A stretch of DNA of 64,000 nucleotides, taken from Podarcis muralis. Taxonomy: Eukaryota. The position numbers and the translations under genes were made by a program. Under the pieces are notes generated by a model. That model did not search any database and was not told the origin of the DNA. It saw nothing but the letters and a program-made list of their open reading frames with translations. The DNA is taken from contig NC_135655.1 in NCBI RefSeq assembly GCF_964188315.1, positions 82,646,001 to 82,710,000 of the forward strand. The letters run 5' to 3'. Each line of letters starts with the position of its first letter. The stretch's first letter is position 1. This document shows, one piece after another, positions 1-11,257 of this stretch.

Positions 1-105
1 CTGTCCCCAAGGTTGAGCAGATTTAAATCACTTCATTTCAATGGGATAGACAGGCAAATGCTAAACTGTACCCTGTTGATATGAGTCAAGGAGACTTAAA
101 AGGTT

Positions 106-200
106 CATAGAATCATAGAATCATAGAGTTGGAATAGACCACAAGGGCCATCGAGTCCAACCCCCTGCCAAGCAGGAAACACCATCAGAGCACTCCTGAT
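106..200 (-). mobile_element. CR1 LINE 3' terminal fragment
   Basis: CATAGAAT tandem (reverse complement of the CR1 (ATTCTATG)n tail) followed by GAGTTGGAA..GACCACAAGGGCCATCGAGTCCAACCCCCTGC, the typical CR1 3' end in antisense. Confidence 0.75.
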
Positions 201-554
201 AAGGTTCTTATCTTTGGCTGGATTGCACTTTATTTTTTAAAAAAAAAACATGCTTTTGCAGTTTGGTATATTTGATTATTATTATTATTATTATTTTGCA
301 CAATATTTACATGCCGTTGATTGTAATAGAAGTTCAAAGCATTTTACAAAATATAGATCACTGCTGCTCCTTTGCTCTTTAATGGTGCCCCTAATCAACC
401 ATCTCAAACTTGGGATGGGGGTTTAAATTTCATACTTCAGGAGCCAAATGACTACGGCTGACCATGTGACTCATATTCCAAGGTTTGAAAGAAGATAGTA
501 AAATAATAATAATAATAAAAGCAAAAATAAAAAACCAACAACCCAGAACCCTGT

Positions 555-1435
555 ACATATTTGCTTTCTCACACCACCATGTCTCTGTGTACCTAAAATT
601 AATCTATGCGAATGAACTGACAAAATAAACTGTGTTTGTATTTTTGATGGGTTTGTGTAGCTTTATCCTATATGTTGTTGTTGTTGTTAAGTCGTTTAGT
701 TGTGTCCGACTCTTAGTGACCCCATGGACCAGAGCACGCCAGGCACTTCTGTCTTCCACTGCCTCCCGCAGTTTAGTCAAACTCATGTTTGTGGCTTCGA
801 GAACACTGTCCAACCATCTCGTCCTCTGTCGTCCCCTTCTCCTTGTGCCCTCCATCTTTCCCAACATCAGGGTCTTTTCCAGGGAGTCTTCTCTTCTCAT
901 GAGGTAGCCAAAGTATTGGAGCCTCAGCTTCAGAATCTGTCCTTCCAGTGAGCACTCAGGGCTGATTTCCTTCAGAATGGATAGGTTTGATCTTCTTGCA
1001 GTCCATGGGACTCTCAAGAGTCTCCTCCAGCACCATAATATACTAATAGCAAACTCATTCTTCAAGTGTGAGTCCTTATGAAGTCAAAAGGACCACACCT
1101 ACCAACAAGATGGAGGTAACAGCAGCCTTGGGGAAAACCCAAAATTTTAAGATGCCAAAAGGAAATACAGAGGAGGGAACAGCACAAAGAAGACTGGGCA
1201 TGGTCATGGAATGCTGACTGATTGTTGTGCAGGGGAAATGAAATCTTGGGGGAAATAGAATGGAGTATCCTGGGGAAAGGAATGGTTGCCTGGCTGGCTG
1301 CAACACTGAACACTCCATACTATTCACTCCAGACTGCAACATTTTGTTGCAGCTCATACTTGTTCTTCACTATTCAATATCTGGGAGAGGCTAACTAACT
1401 TTTGTATGATGTAGTTTGTCATAGTTCACAGTTCA
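555..1435. repeat. Non-coding paralogous block, copy 1 (copy 2 at ~7670-8230)
   Basis: Long shared runs such as TTTTAAGATGCCAAAAGGAAAT.CAGAGGAG, ACAGCACAAAGAAGACTG and CATACTATTCACTCCAGACTGCAACATT occur in both copies; copy 1 carries a BovB insertion. Confidence 0.85.
674..1039 (-). mobile_element. BovB (RTE) LINE 3' fragment
   Basis: ORF 604..1065 contains the BovB C-terminus (RVPWTARRSN..SLEGQILKLRLQYFG..LEKTLMLGK.EG.RRRGRQRTRWLD); (CAA)n tail appears as GTTGTTGTT at 674. Confidence 0.92.
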
Positions 1436-1454
1436 TAACAATAAAACAATGAAC

Positions 1455-1820
1455 AGAGTGGCGCTGTGGTCTAAACCACTGAGCCTCTTTGTTTTGCCAA
1501 TCAGAAGGTTGGCGGTTCGAATCCCTGCAATGGGGTGAACTCCTGTTGTTCTGTCGCAGCTCCTGCCAACCAAGCAGTCCGAAAGCATGCCAGTGCAAGT
1601 AAATAAATAGGTACCACTGCGGCAGGAAGGTAAACAGCGTTTCCATGAGCTCTGGCTTCCATCATGGTGTCCCGTTGCACCAGAAGCCGTTTAGTCATGC
1701 TGGCCACATGACCTAGAAAGCTGTCTGTGGACAAACGCTGGCTCCCTCTGCCTGAAAGCGAGATGAGCACCACAACCCCATAGTCGCCTTTGACTGGACT
1801 TAACCATCCAGGAGTCCTTT
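1455..1820 (+). mobile_element. Sauria SINE nested in the Penelope 3' end
   Basis: tRNA-like head GTGGCGCTGTGGTCTAAACCACTGAGCC..GGTTCGAATCC, body TAGTCATGCTGGCCACATGACC, tail CCTTTAC; ACAATGA flanks at 1446-1452 and 1821-1827. Confidence 0.9.
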
Positions 1821-2408
1821 ACAATGAGCTTTTACAATGACTACTTCAATCGACACAAGATAATATCACCAAGGCAACTATCTGTAAACAAACAATAAAC
1901 ATGCATAAAAATGGCAAAAGTAGTTTATTTCAAAAATAAATTTTATCTTAAACAATTGCAAACACAATAATAAAGAGTCCACTTGTAATATACCAGTGGT
2001 TCAGTGCTCAACGTCATTCCGGTAATCAGACATTTCATAACTAAAGAGCTTAGTCATCAAGCTGTCAAAATCAGTTGTAACAGAATTGCACTGAATTAAC
2101 AAGTACTGTAGAATAAGGAAAATTAAAAATATGTTGAGAATGCATAATTAAGACATACCTTTGTAGTAAATAATATACAAGAGAAGACATTATGTAAACA
2201 CTTAAAGCAGGAGTATATCTACAAGAATAAAGGTGAGACAATAACTAGTCTATTTGCACATATATAGTTAATACTCCCAGTCCCACTAATACAAAAAATC
2301 TCTATAGAAACTTACCTGTCCTCATCTGCATGTTTCCATTGGGACGAGCAAAGAAGGAGGATGGTGTCCTTCGGTTTGTTAAACCTCCTTAGGAAACATG
2401 GGTGGGGC

Positions 2409-2810
2409 TCACAAATTTAAAGAACTAGCAGCAGAAAGTCCACAAACACAGCCGCATGTAATGAATCCTGCAAATTCTAATGTTGAATTTAATCCATGTG
2501 GATCTAGTGTATTGAGTTTATAAATATACTTGGACTCCATCTGGGAAAGTAATCTGGACACATTAATGCCAGTGGAGTGAGTTGAAGATTTGTGCTTTAC
2601 AACAAAAAAGCGAAAGTCATCACAAGTGTGGTTTTGTTCAATGAAGTGTTCAACCAGCGGAGCCTCTCTGATTTTGCCTCTAATGCGGGATCGGTGTTCT
2701 AAAATATGAGTCTTAACAGGGCGGGTGGTGGCACCAATGTATATCAACTGACACATGCATTCAATTAAATAAATCACATTTCTGGTGCCACAGTTAGTGA
2801 ACCCATTCAT
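2409..2810 (-). pseudogene. GIY-YIG endonuclease domain of the Penelope element
   Basis: NCGTRNVIYLIECMCQLIYIGATTR..EH..HF..H..E..I..LNTLDPHGLN matches the PLE GIY-YIG pattern. Confidence 0.9.
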
Positions 2811-2868
2811 TTCAGAATCGTGGAGCTGTTAGGGACATGATATGACGCAGTTTAAATAGCCTCTACAC

Positions 2869-3117
2869 CACGGGTAGGCAACCTTAGGCCCGGGGGCCGG
2901 ATGCGGCCCAATCGCCTTCTCAATCTGGCCCATGGACGGTCCGGGAATCAGCGTGTTTTTACATGAGTAGAATGTGTGCTTTTATTTAAAATGCATCTCT
3001 GGGTTATTTGTGGGGCATAGGAATTCATTCATTTTCTTTTCAAAATATAGTCCAGACCACCACATGGTCTGAGGGATGGTGGACCGGCTCACGGCTGAAA
3101 AAGGTTGCTGACCCCTG
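2869..3117. mobile_element. hAT (Charlie-type) MITE
   Basis: Termini CACGGGTAGGCAACC / GGTTGCTGACCCCTG; perfect 8-bp TSD CTCTACAC at 2861-2868 and 3118-3125. Confidence 0.9.
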
Positions 3118-3772
3118 CTCTACACTGAAAGTGTCCCACTGGTAGATAAGAAATTTTCTGTGATCATTGTGAACCAAAAAAACTTTTACACTGCAGGTTC
3201 TGCAGAACCCTATCAAGGGAGGCAGGTCACAACCTGCAATGTGAGATACAAAGCTTCAGTATCTGTTTATGATTTGTCTTACCTCCATTGTCTGCGGGGT
3301 AAACTCAAAAGAGCAGGTAATACGTTTTTATGGTATTTTACTTCTGGGTACAATAAGGTCCCCTCTGTCACATGCATCTACTTTCACCCAGACTTTATGA
3401 ATAATATGCCAGGGATGTCCTCTATTTAGGAGGGCAGTCTCTAGCTCACCTGGTGCTCATTGGTACATGTCCAAAGTAGAGGAAATCCTTTTCCGACGCA
3501 AAAATTGGCCCAAAGGTAGGTTACGTTTAAGATTGTATGGATGATGTGGTTTGAAATGTAATGAAGTGTTACGGTCAGTATCCTTTTTATATAGGGAAAC
3601 AGGAAAAAAAATTCCCAATGGTCCATGCGACTAAAGTATTAAAAAATGGGACTGATTAATGACTAGTATTGGCAGAAAACATTAGCAAGGTGTATAGTTG
3701 ATCAATTCATGATATAAAGTCAGGAAATCTCTTGGCATTTTAAAAAATCAGAAAGATATCATGAATGAGCCT

Positions 3773-4150
3773 TCAACAGAAAACCAGATATGAAGCAAAA
3801 GGAGTATCAGGACCATACACAAAATCAGCCATAAATAAATTGGCTATGGAAGGAGCCATGGGATTACCCATGGCTACACCCTTCACTTTACGATAGAAGG
3901 TGTCTCTATACCTAAAGAAATTGTTCTCTAAAGCTATGTCTAATAGGTCCATAAGAAAATGTTTTGGAGGATTTGAAAAGGTATGTCGTCCTAGAGAGAC
4001 AGATACACAAGTGCAGGCTTCCTCATGAGGTATAAAGGTATATAAAGATTTAACATCCAGAGTCACAAAGAAAGAATCAGAAGGAATTACCACTGACTCA
4101 ATTTGTTGAACGAAATCCATGGAGTCCCTAATGTATGACAGAATCTTAGG
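3773..4150 (-). pseudogene. Penelope-type reverse transcriptase fragment
   Basis: YIRDS.DF, LDVKSLYT.IPH, NNFF, GVAMG.PMAPSIANLFM; the downstream catalytic YIDD motif appears decayed and frameshifted near 3750. Confidence 0.9.
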
Positions 4151-4596
4151 TATGATTTTGACAGCTCGATGACTAAGCTCTTTAGTGACGAAACGTCTGA
4201 TTACCAGAACAATGTCCAAGCACTGAATCACTGGTATAACACAAGTGGACTCTTTATTTACTGTGTTTGCAATTGTAGAAGATAAAACCTATTTTTGAAA
4301 GAAACTACTTTTGCCATTTTTATGGATGTTTATTGTTTGTTTACAGATAGTTGCCTTGGTGATATTATCTTGTGTCAATTGCAATAGTTCACAGTTCAGC
4401 AATGATGAATCCCACTGAGCTTCCTTGCTCACCTTTGCAATTCAGATTTGACAGTGGTGTTCTCCTGCCAAAGATGTCTCCAAAAACATATACACTGAGG
4501 TAAAGTGTTTATAAAAATGCATATATCCATGAATATAACATGCAACTCTTGTTACCAATGCAAGAGGCACCATCTTAAAACATCACAATAAGTAAG

Positions 4597-4598
<2 letters not shown>

Positions 4599-4638
<40 letters not shown>

Positions 4639-4691
4639 ACTTATCTGACTGTTTGTTTGTTTGTTTGTTTGTTTGTTTGTTTGTTTGTTTG
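4599..4691. repeat. Compound microsatellite (CTTT)n-(GTTT)n
   Basis: Read directly from the sequence. Confidence 0.95.
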
Positions 4692-5212
4692 CCCAAATAC
4701 CAGTACTTGGGCCCACAATGTCATTTCACAAAGGAAATGATCTGAGGACAGTGAAGCACAAAGAGGACAAACATAACAATTTTACTTTTGTTCATACTTC
4801 CTGCTGCATTGTACCACTGGATTTGTTGAGGAAGCAAACAAATTACAATTTGTACCATGCCATCATGGAATGAAAGAGAGTGCATGCCTTAGTATTTTGG
4901 CAGAATCTGTAGGAGTTCTCATGGCTTGGTGAGGAGCTCTCAAAACCATTGACAGAAACAATCCAGACCAGTGTGTAGAAGTTATACTAGACCTAGATAG
5001 TTAAAATTGACTATACAAAAATCAGAAGGGAAGTCTTAGAGGTCTCTTGCATGCAAGCAGCCAATTAAAATGTAATAATCAAAACAACCATGGATATCTG
5101 GGGTATTCAGTAGCATCAGGGACGATGTCCCAGGTGCCTAGCAGCTAGCATTTAAGGTCTCTCCCCCTACTCAGTTTCTGAAAGCAGAGAAACCTTCCAG
5201 ACCACACCTTAG

Positions 5213-5526
5213 GTAAGTTCACTAATTCAGAAAGAAATATTTAGCGTATGGGTCTGCAATAGCATCACCTGGCCTCTGGTACATGGGGCTAAAGCCTTGA
5301 ATCTGTCCTCTATTGTTACTGATTTTTCAGGGGGGAAAACCTCTCTTGAGAACGGCTGAAACAGGGATGTGCCAGGGAAGTGGAGCATAGCTGGTGTTGT
5401 GTTGAACTAGTGCAGCTGAGCTTGTGATGGTCATTATCTTGAATCCAGGACTGCTGTTGTTTCTAAACAAAAAGGAAGTTGGAGGGAACTGTCAAAAACA
5501 CAAATCTTCTTTCTTCCCTTCTCAAG
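5213..5526 (+). other. Putative 5'-UTR intron of the OR at 5569
   Basis: Donor TTAG|GTAAGT at 5213; polypyrimidine tract TCTTCTTTCTTCCCTTCTCAAG| ending at 5526, 43 nt before the ATG. Confidence 0.6.
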
Positions 5527-5568
5527 GAAAAGAAAGAATCATCCTGAACCCAGCACTGGTTGAGGGAA

Positions 5569-6573
5569 ATGATGGATCAAGGAAATAATTCTGTCGTAAC
5601 AGAATTCATTCTTCTGGGATTCACAGATGATCCAGAAATGCAGCTCCCTCTTTTTATGCTCTTCCTACTGATTTATGTCATCACTGTAATCTGGAATGTG
5701 GGGATGATTGTCTTAATTTGCGCTGAGCCTCAGCTTCACAACCCCATGTACTTTTTCCTGGGCAACCTCTCTTTTGCTGACCTCTGCTACTCCTCAGCCA
5801 TTGCTCCCAAAATGCTGGCTGACCTCTTAGTTGAGACCAAAAGGATTTCATTCAATGCCTGCGCTATACAGCTATATATACTTTCCTTTTTTGTAGATGT
5901 TGATTGCCTTTTGCTGGCTTTGATGGCCTATGACAGGTACATGGCCATCTGCAATCCCCTTCACTATTCAGTCCTTATGTCCAAAAGAGTCTGCGGACGG
6001 TTGATGGCTATGGCTTACTTCATAGGCATGGCAGATGCAATGATACACACTTGCTGTACATTCCAACTACCATTCTGCAAGTCTAATATCATCAATCACT
6101 TCTTCTGTGATGAGCCTCCTCTTCTATTGCTCTCTTGCTCTGACACATACAACAATGAGCTTATGGTATTTATCTTCTTTGGCTGTATTTTAGCCAGCAG
6201 CATTGGCATGGTTCTTGTTTCCTACATCTACATCTTGGGCACAATCGTAAGAATGCGCTCTGCTGAAGGCAGACGCAAAGCCTTTTCTACCTGCGCCTCC
6301 CACCTTACAGCCGTTGGGATATTCCATGGGACGATGCTCTTCGTGTATTTTCGGCCCAGCTCCACTCTTTCCTTGGACCAAGACAAATGGGCCTCGGTGT
6401 TCTATACAGTAGTGATCCCCATGCTCAATCCTCTGATCTACAGTCTGAGGAACAAGGATGTGAAGGCTGCCCTGACAAAAGCACTTGCCAACTTAAGGCT
6501 TTTGAAAGGGAATGGTTTTGCCTCAAAGGAGTTGTATGCCATGTTTGTAAAGCTGTGTTCTGGGAATCCTTAG
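5569..6573 (+). CDS. Olfactory receptor, family 5-like, intact (334 aa)
   Basis: [62 protein letters not shown]; single coding exon; ATG at 5569. Confidence 0.95.
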   Translation: MMDQGNNSVVTEFILLGFTDDPEMQLPLFMLFLLIYVITVIWNVGMIVLICAEPQLHNPMYFFLGNLSFADLCYSSAIAPKMLADLLVETKRISFNACAIQLYILSFFVDVDCLLLALMAYDRYMAICNPLHYSVLMSKRVCGRLMAMAYFIGMADAMIHTCCTFQLPFCKSNIINHFFCDEPPLLLLSCSDTYNNELMVFIFFGCILASSIGMVLVSYIYILGTIVRMRSAEGRRKAFSTCASHLTAVGIFHGTMLFVYFRPSSTLSLDQDKWASVFYTVVIPMLNPLIYSLRNKDVKAALTKALANLRLLKGNGFASKELYAMFVKLCSGNP

Positions 6574-6647
6574 GATTGCTAGGTATCTTACCAAGGCTTT
6601 ATCAGAGATGAGATCAGTACTCGAAACAAAATATTTTAAAAAATTCA

Positions 6648-6720
6648 TCCCAGTAGCACCTTAGAGACCAACTAAGTTTGTTATTGGTATGAGCTTTCGT
6701 GTTCATGCACACTTCTTCAG
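6648..6720 (-). mobile_element. Penelope-type terminal remnant with a degenerate hammerhead motif
   Basis: Minus strand reads CTGAAGA-AGTGTGCATGAACAC-GAAAGCTC-ATACC; the adjacent GTAGCACCTTAGAGACCAACTAAGTTTG resembles squamate PLE ends as I recall them. Confidence 0.65.
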
Positions 6721-6739
6721 AACTTCAGTACTGGGTGAG

Positions 6740-7120
6740 ATACTTCCTCAGGTCTGGCCCCGGATGTTTTGCCACTTCAAGCAAAATACACTGCCACCCA
6801 GTGACTGGGCAGCTCGCCCAGGGCAGGGCAAGCCTCCCATAGGGACGGGGCGATGTCAGGGCAAGCGGGGTGCACCGCGGGGCCTCCAGAGCTGGCCTGC
6901 CTCCTCCCACTCTACCACCCTACAGCTGGGGGGGAGGCAGCAGGCGAACCATTGGGCAGCGTGGAGCCTGCGCACGCCCAAGCCACCCCATAGCTCCCAC
7001 TAGAGACACGTGGCTCGCCCGCAATGAGCTGCCCAGCATTTTTTCGTCCCCCCCCCCCAGTGGTGACACCCGGGGCAGCCCACACACCCCTTCCTCCACC
7101 CCTGCCTCCACCATCCTGAA
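6740..7120. mobile_element. GC-rich non-autonomous DNA transposon-like fragment (hAT-like)
   Basis: Abrupt GC/CpG-rich island with TTTTGCCACTTCAAGCAAAA and GTGGTGACACCCGGGGC motifs; ends and TSD not resolved. Confidence 0.4.
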
Positions 7121-7138
7121 AAAAATCCCTTAACCCCC

Positions 7139-7232
7139 TGCGGGAGGCAGTGGAAGACAGGAGTGCCTGGCGTGCTCTGGTCCATGGGGTCACAAAGAGT
7201 CGGACACGACTAAACGACTAAACAACAACAAA
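7139..7232 (+). mobile_element. BovB 3' end fragment
   Basis: CTGCGGGAGGCAGTGGAAGACAGGAGTGCCTGGCGTGCTCTGGTCCATGGGGTCAC..ACGACTAAACAACAAC, nearly identical to 35440-35530. Confidence 0.9.
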
Positions 7233-7669
7233 AACAACCCCCTTTAAAAAATTTATTCTTTGGTAGATTTGCAAAAAGAAAAACATACACCAATAAATAA
7301 AGAGAGGGGCAAGATTAGACACCAATGCACAAAGCATAAAAATAAAAAAGTCAAGGCTCCTTGTGCTCCTCTCCACTCCCCCTTTCTTCCCACCCAGGAC
7401 TCCCCTGCCCTCTGCCTGACTCTCAGAGCCAGTGCCACCATCAACTGCCCAAGGAAGGAGTCTAGCTGCGGTGGCAATGGAGAAGCCATGGAGAGGCAAC
7501 AGGATGCTCCCTCATTGCTGCTGCCCAGGACAAGTGCTGGCTCATTCTCCTCACCAGCCTTGGTGAGCAACAGCACTGGCAAGGGGAAATAGGGACATTC
7601 CGGGATCAAATCAAAAGCCGGGATGGCTTTCATGATTCCAGGACTGTCCCAGGACACTTGGAGGGTATG

Positions 7670-8230
7670 ATATCTGCTTTCTCATACCCACCTTTTTCTG
7701 TGTACCTAAAGCTAATGTACACAAATGGACTGACCCAATAAAGGATGCCGTTTTTACTGTGTTTGTATTTTTGTGTGTTTGTGAAATTTTATCCTGAATG
7801 CTAATAACAAACTCATTCTCCAAGTGTGGGTCCTTATGAAGCCACCACCTACCAACAAGACGGGGGTTTCAGCAGGCTTAGGGGAAACCCAAGATTTTAA
7901 GATGCCAAAAGGAAATGCAGAGGAGGAAACAGCACAAAGAAGACTGAGCATGGTCAGTAGTCATGGAATGCATGGGGAAATGAAATCTCGGGGGAAATGG
8001 AATGGAGTATTCTGGGAAAAGGAATGGTTGGTTGGCTGTCTGTCTGGCTAGAACACTGAGCACTGCATACTATTCACTCCAGACTGCAACATTCTGTTGC
8101 AGCTCACACTTGTTCTTCACTATTCTATATCTGGGAGAGGCTAAGTTTTGTATGATGTATGATGTAGCTTGTCATTGTGTCCATTTGAGATAGTTTACAG
8201 TGATGATGAATCCCACTAAACTTCCTTGGG
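7670..8230. repeat. Non-coding paralogous block, copy 2 (empty for BovB and Penelope)
   Basis: Aligns by eye to 555-673, 1040-1435 and 4384-4430. Confidence 0.85.
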
Positions 8231-9988
8231 CACTTTTTTTTTCTTTTTCTTTCTTTTCCATTTCTTTCCCTCTCTCTTTTTCTTTTTCATTTTGGTTAAT
8301 CCTAGGTCTTGGTTATAATATATTCACAGCTCATCATAGCTCATCAATTTAGTTATGAAACTATGAAGAGCTGTCAATATATAACCTACACTAAGACCTT
8401 TGGCATAAGATGGCAAAGAAATCTAATGGGAAACAGTCCCACTGCATGCTTTTCTTCCCTCTCAATTATTCTTGATCTCTAAAATGTTTTCTGTGGAAAA
8501 CAGTTCCCCTTTGAAACTGGTGTGGTACTATTAACAGCATTGCATTTGCCCTATGGTCCTCTGCCTTGTTGTCTCAAACTCTTAGCAGACCTTGCGGCTT
8601 GGTGGTCTGGATTGGAATAATCACTTACACTTTCTGGAATTTAAAGGCTTTATTCATGCAGGATCTATTTACCGGATGAGTGGAAATTAGAGGGAGAAAA
8701 GAACAAACATTTTGGCTCAACAACTTGAGAGAGAACAATAAACAAAATAGCTCAGCTTTTATGGGTGGATTTAACTTTGACAGAGAGCTACAAACAAGTG
8801 TTGGCTAGATTGCTACACAAGCAGTGCCCTCTGGTGGTTTAAAGCAACACATGCATTAAAGACGAACTCAAGAGAAGGAAATGTATTTGCTTTTCTCTAA
8901 CACAATCCCTGGATTAGAGAAATTTACAAGGGGATACCAAGGGGAAAGAAACTGTTTTGACCAGGATGTCATGCAAACACTACATAAATGGGAATGCAAA
9001 CAGCTTCAAATAAACATTAAAGTCAGGTGTGGATGAAGCAGAGAAACAATTCAAGAGACTAAGGGATTCATGTCTTCCTTGTTCCCTCCTCACTATATTT
9101 CCTCTCCCAGAGCTGATTCCCACTGGCATGTTCATCTCCAGATGACTACAACATCACATGTGTGAATGGGCTATCAACACAGATAGAACTTTCATACCAC
9201 CCACCTCAGATTGAATGCTGTTCAATGAAGTTGAGTCACACATACACCTGCCAGTCATCAAGTGTACCATAGGTAAGTGTTGAGCATGACTGTGAGAAAA
9301 AGAGATGTCAGAGTTCGAGTCTGTCTGAAAACACCACCAACTTATCTTGATACCCTTCTTCCTAATCACCTAATCACTCTCTGTCATTGTTCACTGGTGA
9401 CAGAAATATTATCTGCACTTGCTCAAGGGCTCTTTAGTGCTACATACTTCACATGCTTTAGAATTAAACCATACCACTGAAAACACTGAGCCCTGACACA
9501 ACTTAACTCGTCTTCAAATAATGCCTATGCATGCATCTGGAATTAAGATGTGTGGAGGGTTTGTTAAACTGAAGTCATGAACAAAGGAACACTTCTGTTA
9601 AGTAAATTCCTATTTTGTTGTGGCCAGTGGTGACTGATTCCCATAGGGATTGGTGGGGTGGAAGGCAGAAAGGTTAACCACAGGTGAAGCCAGAGCCAAT
9701 AACAGGCAAAGCTAACTCTTCTAGTTTTGCTTCCATTCTCCCCTCTACAAGGACAATACTTAGAATAAGGAGGAGGAAGGTGATGTGCAGTACCTCCTCC
9801 TGGGCTGTTGTAAGAAGGCAAGCAGGTGGAGGGCTGGCTGAAGATAGACTGGGAGTTGGTGGGCCAGGGCCCCATTTGCCCAAATAGACCAGCCATTGCT
9901 GGTTATGGCTTTACTTGGCGCTGCAGCCAACCTACGTACATACACAAAACTTAGTTATAGTTACTCAAGTCCACAGTATTAAAAAAAA

Positions 9989-10918
9989 TCAGTGAGGATT
10001 TATATTTTTCCTGATCAGTTTCTTTAGGGCATCCTTCACCTCTGAATTCCTCAGGCTATAAATCAGGGGGTTCAACACGGGGATGATGAGAGTGTAAAAT
10101 ACAGAGACTCTTTTGTCTGTGTCCATTGAGAAGTTGGAACTGGGCCGGAAGTACATGAAGAGGATGGTGCCATGGAACAGGGCAAAAGTCGTCAAGTGAG
10201 AAGCACACGTAGAGAAGGCTTTGAGCCGGCCTCCCGCAGAGTGTATCCTGGTGATAGTTGTGATGATAAAGCCATAGGAGGTGAGGATAGTCACAATGTT
10301 GGACGCTTCAACTAAGATGCCAAAAGTTAAGAGAAGCCACTCATTGAGGGATGTGTCTGAGCACGCAAGAGCCATCAGGGCAGCCAGGTCACAGAAGAAA
10401 TGGTTGACAGAATTCTCCCCACAATAAGACAGTCTTAGAGACGCACACGTGTGTATGAGAGAACTCATGATCCCCCCAACATATGCCCCAGTGAGCAGCC
10501 AGACACAGAGTGCCTTCGACATGATGACTGTGTAGGACAATGGTTTGCAGATGGCCACATAACGATCTATTGCCATGGCAGCCAGGATGAAGGACTCCAC
10601 ATCTGTAAAAGTACAAAATGTGAAAAACTGGAGAATGCACCCACTGTAGGAAATGGCTTTCTTCTCCACCAGGAAGTTCAGCAGCATTTTAGGGGCAATG
10701 GTTGAAGTTATGCAGGCATCCATAAATGAAAAGTGTGTCAGAAATAAGTACATGGGGGTATGGAGCTGGGGACTGCTCCTAATCAAGACAACCATCCCTA
10801 GATTCCCTATCAAGCTAAAAAGATACATGACAAGAAATACTACGAAGAGTAATGTTGGGTTTCCCATAAATCCTTGGAGAATGAACTCTGTCACAGTGGT
10901 GCTATTTCTCTCCATCAT
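9989..10918 (-). CDS. Olfactory receptor, family 5-like, intact (309 aa)
   Basis: [51 protein letters not shown]; ATG at 10918 (the ORF track starts at a non-ATG codon). Confidence 0.93.
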   Translation of the reverse strand: MMERNSTTVTEFILQGFMGNPTLLFVVFLVMYLFSLIGNLGMVVLIRSSPQLHTPMYLFLTHFSFMDACITSTIAPKMLLNFLVEKKAISYSGCILQFFTFCTFTDVESFILAAMAIDRYVAICKPLSYTVIMSKALCVWLLTGAYVGGIMSSLIHTCASLRLSYCGENSVNHFFCDLAALMALACSDTSLNEWLLLTFGILVEASNIVTILTSYGFIITTITRIHSAGGRLKAFSTCASHLTTFALFHGTILFMYFRPSSNFSMDTDKRVSVFYTLIIPVLNPLIYSLRNSEVKDALKKLIRKNINPH

Positions 10919-11257
10919 TCTTCTAAGCAATCAGAGCTCTGCTGAGTAGATGAGCCAAATGAGGTGGTATCTTGATGGGCCATCACTGTGTGAATTAGCA
11001 TTTGAAGAAATCCTTGAGGATTGCCCATGTTGTTCTGACTTGATTGAGAAGGGCTTTTGTCTGAAAGGCTACAGGAATCAATGGCATATGGTTCTTTTTA
11101 TAGCCCATTACAAACCACATCACAGGAAGCTGCCTGATACTGTCAGCCCATTGGTCCATCAAGCTCAGCATTGCCCACGCTGAAAGACAGCAATGTTCCA
11201 AAGTTTCAGGCAGGGGACAATCTCAATCCTACCTGAAAATAAGCCAAAGACCTTATG

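Larger units (their letters stand above)
1436..4383 (-). mobile_element. Penelope-like retroelement, 5'-truncated and decayed, with inverted pLTR
   Basis: RT fragment at 3773-4150 (TLDVKSLYTFIPH, GVAMGNPMAPSIANLFMA); GIY-YIG endonuclease at 2409-2810; ~230-bp inverted repeat 1846-2072 / 4156-4380; 15-bp direct repeat ATAGTTCACAGTTCA at 1421-1435 and 4384-4398. Confidence 0.88.

Noticed and set aside
674-1039. BovB as a new horizontal-transfer event
   Set aside because: BovB in squamates is well established and these short fragments add nothing.
9255-9285. Plus-strand donor CATAG|GTAAGT between the convergent ORs as the exon of a lost gene
   Set aside because: No partner acceptor, coding remnant or paralogous block was found; such motifs occur by chance.
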